The translations under genes and the position numbers were made by a program. DNA of 10,160 nt. Origin: an uncultured Planctomycetota bacterium (GTDB taxonomy: Bacteria; Planctomycetota; JAFGQW01). The notes beneath the pieces are model-generated. The model made no database searches and was not told the origin of the DNA. It saw only the letters and a list, made by a program, of their open reading frames with translations. The stretch is from NCBI GenBank assembly GCA_964485695.1, contig CAZAKZ010000177.1, positions 1-10,160 of the forward strand, read 5' to 3'. Below, piece by piece: positions 6,601 to 10,160 of this stretch (positions are counted from its first letter, which is position 1; every line of letters starts with the position of its first letter).

Positions 6601-8437
6601 CAAGGCTGCATCTCCCAAGATCCGGAAGGAAGCGGGTCGGCTCCTGGATACCCTCATCGACGGTTTCCGCGCCTGGCTCGGAGAGAATCAGGTCATTGCC
6701 GTGGATCCGGAGACGGGAGAGGAATACGGGTGGGAGGACGTCATCACCATCGAGGAAGGTGTGGATCCCGAGGAGGAGCAGCGCCTCAAGGACGCCATCC
6801 GGAGCACGACGCTCATCCGCGAGTCGATCTTCCTTTTCTCCGGCAGAGAGGTGCCGCGTCTCCAGGACATCCCGCCCGGCGGCATCTGGGTGAGCCACCT
6901 CGTCACCAAGCACGGAAGATCCATCTACCGCATCACCGTCTACACGCGCCATCAGGAGTCCTACGATTTTGCGGTGCACCTGAACCGCACCCTGGGCCCC
7001 AAGAACGTCTCGGACGAGCTGAACTGGAAGGTCCTGACCTCCGAACCGCACCCCGAGCACAGTCTGGTGGAGAAGCTGGGGGGATTCTGGCCTGAGTATG
7101 GGCTCTGGACCGATGCCTTCGCGTCGGTGAACACAGTGAAGCGCTCGCTGCGTCACCTGGCCCGACAGCACGGGGAGGAAGGACGCCAGCGTCTTTGCCA
7201 GACGTGGCCCTATCTCGCCTGGAACGGCCTGGCGGCCTACTTCGATTTCTGGGCCAGGACGAATCGCACCTTGCACATCGGCAAGCCCACTCCTTCCAAC
7301 GTCATCGTTCCCGTGCACGACTACCAGACCCATACACGTATCATCTCCATTTCCAACCGACTGCCCTTCAAGGGCCTGATGCCCATGATGACGCTGCTGT
7401 GGACGCGGTTCATCGCCCAGGTGGAGGAGAAGTACGAAGTTCTCCGGGGCCTCATAAAGGGGGGCGTCCTGTTCTCGGCCCTCCTCGAGGTGGTGGGGGA
7501 GGCCGACGGACTGCGGCTGCTCCGGGAGGGCCTGGAGGAGGAACCCTGCGAGGAAGAACCGGCCTGGCTGCGGCCCGCCGTGCGAGACTTTCTGGACAAG
7601 GTGTCCCGGGTCGGATTCCGACCCTTTCGCCTGCATTTCGCGATGAAGCGGTATCGCCGGTGGGCGGCCCTCAATCCCGAGGCCGAGCCCCAGGCCCGGG
7701 CGCGCACCCTCAGGGAGCTCTACGAGGTCTACGGTCTGGAACGCCTCGCCTCCCAGCATCCGGAGGCCCGATTGCGTTTCTTCCGGGACACGGTGTTCCA
7801 GAACGCCCGGCAACCGCTGGCTTACGGCATCGACGGTCTCATCGAGCGCATGCGCGATGACCCTTTGCACAGCGACGAACTCATTGCCCGGATCTCCTCC
7901 CTCAGGGCCGGACCCGACATCGAGGCCGACGAGGACTACTTCCTGACCCGTCTCAGCTATCCCCACCTGCAGCCGGAGGACGCCGCTGATTTCATCTCTT
8001 CCATCGGAACCGGTCGGGCCGAGACCGACATCGTGGTCACCCTCGAGGATGAGCGGGGCGAGACCTTCTTCGTCCGCCGGGCCATGAATCCCAAAGAGGT
8101 CGGGCGCCTGCTCAAGCTGTTCCACGCCGCCAAGCTCGACGTGAGCTTCGGACCCGAGGACCACTACCTCGTGGCGGTGGGGGAGCGGGCGAATCTCATC
8201 GGAGGCATTTACTACGAGATCCGGGATGACGGGGAGTCTGCTCACCTGAAGAAAATCGTGGTGTCCGAGCGGTTCCGGAAAGCGGGCGTGAGCGACGGCC
8301 TCATGACGGAGTTCTTCAACCGCATGCGGGCTGCGGCCGTGAAGACCGTCACCACGGGTTTCTTTCGGCCGGAATACTTCTACGGCTATGGTTTTCGCAT
8401 CGAGCGGCGCTACGCGGGGCTGGTGAAGGTGCTTTGA
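3680..8437 (+). CDS. Very large multidomain protein, about 1585 aa. It has an N-terminal carrier-protein-like segment with a 'GGDSL' motif (about aa 1-75). This is followed by an AMP-binding (ANL) long-chain acyl-CoA-synthetase-like domain (about aa 125-675), then about 770 aa of unknown function, then a C-terminal GNAT-fold acyltransferase (about aa 1445-1585).
   Basis: The ANL core motifs were read directly: A3 'YTSGTTGQPKG' (nt 4595-4627), A5 'SGFGMTEATGG', A7 'LRTGDL', A8 'RIVDRKKEIYKNVRGETIAPQRVEN' and A10 'ELTKKGTLRR'. GNAT motif A is present as 'AHLKKIVVSERFRKAGVSDGLMTEF' (R-x-x-G-x-S). The N-terminus reads 'AAAKFRAGGDSLSAYSL...PVDLEDLATLAEEITALL' and looks PCP/ACP-like. The start is uncertain. 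ATG 3680 and ATG 3686 are both possible, with 'GGTGG' just upstream. An upstream GTG at 3581 is possible only if mscS starts at 3523. The track's 3395 start overlaps mscS and is rejected. The stop is TGA at 8435-8437. Confidence 0.85.
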   Translation: MNMKKTAKTPVGQDVPALVASAAAKFRAGGDSLSAYSLKRLCTALEAWRDAPDPVDLEDLATLAEEITALLGRGTEKGTEKETEKVRHCAWRLLDGVRLRPTLRRIHKAGAVDAWMDRIVSLVDASDYTVHRLFHQRVEHYRARTLFQTLGPGRGKRWSWFNVASRVEAVARGLVALLGEDGRKPVAILSENRPEMMFVDLACLTSGLVDVMVPTSSTDADVIFILQHSRAGTLVVSRREHLEKILGERATLPDLDHIVVMDGAADDARNVLTLQDLMDRGRSVKPGRISRMGGAVCSHDLATVMYTSGTTGQPKGIMFSDHNIVTKRFARALALPEIGEKDAFLSYLPLCHTFGRFLEMMGSIFWGATYTFVERPAIEVMVENLQRVRPTVFISIPKKWMQLHERIAAEVDVETAPEADILAAVRAVTGGRLRWGLSAAGYLDPDIFRFFQRQGIELMSGFGMTEATGGITMTPPGHYRDDSLGPPLPGIEARLSGDGELMVRGPYVMTGYLDPGGKSSDLDDGWLRTGDLMEQDAGGHFRIVDRKKEIYKNVRGETIAPQRVENLFRDFEEVRRIFLVGDHREYNTALIVPNLDYDGVDLAGMSSDERHEYFGSHVVSVNRFLVPYERIIDFALIDRDFEESRGELTKKGTLRRSTIVSHFEEVIDGLYRRTDLRIRGENIEIRVARRLLQTLGLTASDFTVEEHAVVLRSTNTRLTVKRVKDSDHDIVLGSCRYRLNRPLVDLERFLSVPALWLGNEALVSFVDLEPSWRRRRLGHLEDAVWRGRARPLPEAARLRRDLEERVSARDLDLMDVHLAAMAVEGGRDREAKTGLRLLERAFTDAKDYMADLTLEVLRRTSFSKSSAVRRRGFQILAPHERSGIFAETLKAFLPRIDDLLDRETIALFCGRGLEDEKFQAFLEAVEGASPPEGEETAAMKPRFAVALLRFLAAYGSKHPAKFEDVRFQIIEAQVKAASPKIRKEAGRLLDTLIDGFRAWLGENQVIAVDPETGEEYGWEDVITIEEGVDPEEEQRLKDAIRSTTLIRESIFLFSGREVPRLQDIPPGGIWVSHLVTKHGRSIYRITVYTRHQESYDFAVHLNRTLGPKNVSDELNWKVLTSEPHPEHSLVEKLGGFWPEYGLWTDAFASVNTVKRSLRHLARQHGEEGRQRLCQTWPYLAWNGLAAYFDFWARTNRTLHIGKPTPSNVIVPVHDYQTHTRIISISNRLPFKGLMPMMTLLWTRFIAQVEEKYEVLRGLIKGGVLFSALLEVVGEADGLRLLREGLEEEPCEEEPAWLRPAVRDFLDKVSRVGFRPFRLHFAMKRYRRWAALNPEAEPQARARTLRELYEVYGLERLASQHPEARLRFFRDTVFQNARQPLAYGIDGLIERMRDDPLHSDELIARISSLRAGPDIEADEDYFLTRLSYPHLQPEDAADFISSIGTGRAETDIVVTLEDERGETFFVRRAMNPKEVGRLLKLFHAAKLDVSFGPEDHYLVAVGERANLIGGIYYEIRDDGESAHLKKIVVSERFRKAGVSDGLMTEFFNRMRAAAVKTVTTGFFRPEYFYGYGFRIERRYAGLVKVL
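3899..3934 (+). repeat. In-frame 12-bp tandem repeat (ggcactgaaaaa x2 plus a degenerate third copy, gagaccgaaaag). It encodes GTEK-GTEK-ETEK in the linker between the carrier-like segment and the ANL domain.
   Basis: Seen directly. 3899-3910 equals 3911-3922 exactly. It is an AT-rich island inside a roughly 70% GC gene. A unit of 12 bp means copy-number change would stay in frame. Confidence 0.5.
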
Positions 8438-8471
8438 AGAAAGGGATGTTGGAGCCCGCATTACCAGGCGA

Positions 8472-8493
8472 GGGGGGGGGAATTCCGGAATTC
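8472..8493. repeat. Homopolymeric (G)9 tract (8472-8480) immediately abutting a perfect 14-bp palindrome GAATTCCGGAATTC (8480-8493). Both lie in the intergenic region downstream of the large CDS and about 200 bp upstream of the secreted-protein gene.
   Basis: Seen directly in the sequence. Confidence 0.5.
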
Positions 8494-8645
8494 GACGCGG
8501 ATTGACGCTCTGGACGGCATTCCAGGCCCCGGGTTGGACCGGAAATCGTTGTGGACGCACCCGGTTTCAGCGGATACTATTGGGAATGCCGAACCCTGAT
8601 TGAGGGGATCGTACCAAGGGATCCGGGTGCCCTATATTTGACACT

Positions 8646-8673
8646 ATATTGCCAGGATAATATTGCCAGGATA
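8646..8673 (+). promoter_or_regulatory. Two perfect, directly abutting 14-bp direct repeats, ATATTGCCAGGATA x2. They sit 22 bp upstream of the secreted-protein start codon and are preceded by TTGACA (8638-8643) and a duplicated CTATATT. They are a candidate binding site for a direct-repeat-recognising regulator or a promoter element.
   Basis: Seen directly: 8646-8659 equals 8660-8673. The motif 'ATT(N)CCAGG' also occurs at 8460-8468 and 8519-8526, giving four copies in this intergenic region. No clean sigma70 -10 element sits at the right spacing from the TTGACA. Confidence 0.4.
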
Positions 8674-8694
8674 TTCGACTCTGGAGGTCCTTCG

Positions 8695-10101
8695 ATGAAG
8701 AGGTTGATTGTTCTCGTCTGCGTTGCCGCAGTCCTGGGGGCCAGCCCGGGGATTGATACAGCCCCGGGGCAGAACTACCACGATCCCGCGTATCTCTGCG
8801 GTGGGTACCAGGCCCTGAATCCGAGCACAGCCGTTGCCGGCGGCGTCTGGGTGGTCCGCGGCGACGGCTCGGCCACATCCGTGGCGCTTCCCCACTACAA
8901 CCACTATGGATTCTGCATGGACGCGGACAACAAGCACATCGTCGTCGCCACCCGGGGGAACATCAATACCTCCATCAACATGGGTGCCCAGTACGGAATC
9001 TACCGTTTTGACCCCAATACCTTGACCTACCAGACCCTCCACGGTCCGGATACGATGCATTGCTACTCGCTCTACAACCTTCACGTCAACCAGGACGGGG
9101 ATTACCTCTTCAACACCCAGGTGAGGCGATGGACCGGATCTACCAACGTGTTCGACTACCAGGTGATGAAGCTTGCGTACAACGGCACCCTCTCCACGCT
9201 TCTCACCACGTCTCAGCTCGGACGCAATGCCTACCTGTATGGAGCCATCGGTACGAACATCGATAACGGCAAGAACCTCGTGTGCGACTTGATCAGCGGT
9301 ACGGGGTACCGGTATCCGGTCCTCGAGCTGGCCCCCGACGGCACCGTCAATACCTGGAGCACGGGAGGAACCTACGGCTGGTACGGCTACTACCAGGCCC
9401 CTCAGAACCACCTGACCGGCGATATCGAGGGCCCGTACGCCTCCAACGTGTATCAGATCAAGCCAGGGACGACCGCCCGCACCACTCTGTTCACTCTCCG
9501 GGCCGGGTCCGCGATCAGCAACTACCACTACAACTATCAGTTCGATCTCCAGACGGCGCCAGTGCAGCGCTGGGTTGGAACGCCCTATTCCACCACGGGC
9601 GGCAACAAGCAGTGGATCGGATACGTCGATCGCTCCACCGGCGCACTGACCTCCATCCACGTCACCGGCACGGGCGCCAGGTACGCCTATTACTACGACT
9701 TCGATTTCTACCGCGGAAACCACATCCAGACATTGAAGATCGCCAGCAACAAATGGATGTTGCTCCTGAGCTGTCCGCGAAGCCCCGGATATGCCTACGT
9801 TGTTGGGGCGAGCTTCTCGGGAATCCGGCCGGGCATTTCGGTTGCGGGTGGGCGCCGCATCAACATCAACGTGGACAACCTCCTGGTTGCCACGGTACTG
9901 AACCGGTTACCAGGCGTCTGGAACTCCGGGCCGGGGGTATTGAACGCCAGCGGGGAAGCGCGGGGGATGCTGGACCTGAGCTTTCTGAAGGTCCCGCCGG
10001 GCGGTTTCGGCATCCCGCTGTGGATCGCCATGGTGGTGCTTGACCACAAGGCGCCCGGAGGGATCAAGTACATCCCCGATACCTACGTGATACGCATCTG
10101 A
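8695..10101 (+). CDS. Secreted hypothetical protein, 468 aa, with an N-terminal Sec signal peptide (MKRLIVLVCVAAVLGASPG). The mature protein is rich in Tyr/Asn/Gly/Thr (for example YGWYGYYQAPQNH, NYHYNYQFDL, YAYYYDFDFYRGNH) and is probably a beta-rich surface or extracellular protein.
   Basis: Strong RBS 'GGAGG' 7 nt upstream of the ATG at 8695. The N-terminus has a positively charged n-region, a hydrophobic h-region and a small-residue c-region. There is no lipobox. The upstream in-frame extension (track start 8551) spans the promoter repeats and is rejected. GC is about 56% and GC3 about 70%, both clearly lower than the neighbouring genes. Confidence 0.8.
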   Translation: MKRLIVLVCVAAVLGASPGIDTAPGQNYHDPAYLCGGYQALNPSTAVAGGVWVVRGDGSATSVALPHYNHYGFCMDADNKHIVVATRGNINTSINMGAQYGIYRFDPNTLTYQTLHGPDTMHCYSLYNLHVNQDGDYLFNTQVRRWTGSTNVFDYQVMKLAYNGTLSTLLTTSQLGRNAYLYGAIGTNIDNGKNLVCDLISGTGYRYPVLELAPDGTVNTWSTGGTYGWYGYYQAPQNHLTGDIEGPYASNVYQIKPGTTARTTLFTLRAGSAISNYHYNYQFDLQTAPVQRWVGTPYSTTGGNKQWIGYVDRSTGALTSIHVTGTGARYAYYYDFDFYRGNHIQTLKIASNKWMLLLSCPRSPGYAYVVGASFSGIRPGISVAGGRRININVDNLLVATVLNRLPGVWNSGPGVLNASGEARGMLDLSFLKVPPGGFGIPLWIAMVVLDHKAPGGIKYIPDTYVIRI

Positions 10102-10160
10102 GCTTCTAAGTAGTTCCTGTTGCAACAAAGCCGTTTTTTGAGTCCGCACGAGGCGGCTGA

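Noticed and set aside
6947-6967. Assigning the central module as a PlsC/LPLAT acyltransferase from the 'RHQESYD' H(X)4D-like motif
   Set aside because: Only motif I is plausible. No credible motifs II-IV follow at the appropriate spacing. It is kept only as a weak lead inside a finding, not as a feature.
3650-8560. 1636-aa stop-free ORF on the minus strand, exactly antisense to the large CDS
   Set aside because: Its translation is low-complexity (runs of G/P/R/H/L with no motifs), whereas the plus frame carries unmistakable ANL and GNAT motifs. Long antisense open frames are an expected artefact of high-GC, GC3-biased coding sequence.
8646-8673. sigma54 (-24/-12) promoter reading of the TTGCCAGG repeats
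   Set aside because: The reverse complement gives TGGCA, but no TTGC element lies 4-5 nt downstream on the same strand. The spacing does not fit the TGGCAC-N5-TTGC consensus.
8646-8673. Possible CRISPR-like array from the tandem 14-bp repeats
   Set aside because: There are only two units, they directly abut with no spacers, and they are far shorter than CRISPR repeats. No cas genes are present.
8551-8694. N-terminal 48-codon extension of the secreted-protein ORF (track start 8551)
   Set aside because: It would translate through the tandem direct repeats and TTGACA element. An excellent RBS (GGAGG, 7-nt spacer) and a canonical signal peptide begin at the internal ATG at 8695.
8644-9723. 359-aa minus-strand ORF antisense to the secreted-protein gene
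   Set aside because: It has a low-complexity translation, no RBS or signal, and overlaps a well-supported CDS.
10118-10139. Possible terminator after the secreted-protein gene (TGTTGCAACA palindrome followed by T6)
   Set aside because: The palindrome could form only a 4-bp AT-containing stem. It is not a convincing intrinsic terminator, and the window ends 20 bp later so the context is incomplete.

Overview
This is a high-GC (about 65-70%) bacterial chromosomal segment. It carries three minus-strand genes and two plus-strand genes. The three minus-strand genes are an SPFH/band-7 (slipin-like) protein (327..1433), a tRNA-Ile(GAT) (1800..1873) and an MscS-family mechanosensitive channel (2483..3523). 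An AT-rich, repeat-laden 600-bp spacer lies between the tRNA and mscS. The two plus-strand genes are one very large CDS (about 3680..8437, about 1585 aa) and a downstream gene for a secreted Tyr/Asn/Gly/Thr-rich protein (8695..10101) of lower GC content. The main item of interest is the large CDS. Direct motif reading suggests a single polypeptide that joins four parts. First is an N-terminal carrier-protein-like segment with a 'GGDSL' phosphopantetheine-type motif. Second is a complete AMP-forming acyl-activating (ANL/long-chain acyl-CoA-synthetase-like) domain with the A3, A5, A7, A8 and A10 motifs. Third is about 770 aa of unassigned sequence. Fourth is a C-terminal GNAT acyltransferase fold. 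I do not recognise this combination as a described family. It resembles a self-contained fatty-acid-activating N-acyltransferase, for example a lipoamino-acid or N-acyl-amine synthase. Other notable signals are listed below. There is a 104-bp nested palindromic array of operator-like sites next to the tRNA. There is a strong terminator with an RBS-equipped 35-codon ORF. Upstream of the secreted-protein gene there are tandem 14-bp direct repeats, a (G)9 tract and a perfect 14-bp palindrome. The tRNA has a C1.U72 mismatch and a shortened anticodon stem. No transposase, integrase or CRISPR array is visible. All domain calls come from motif-level reading and need HMM or structure confirmation.
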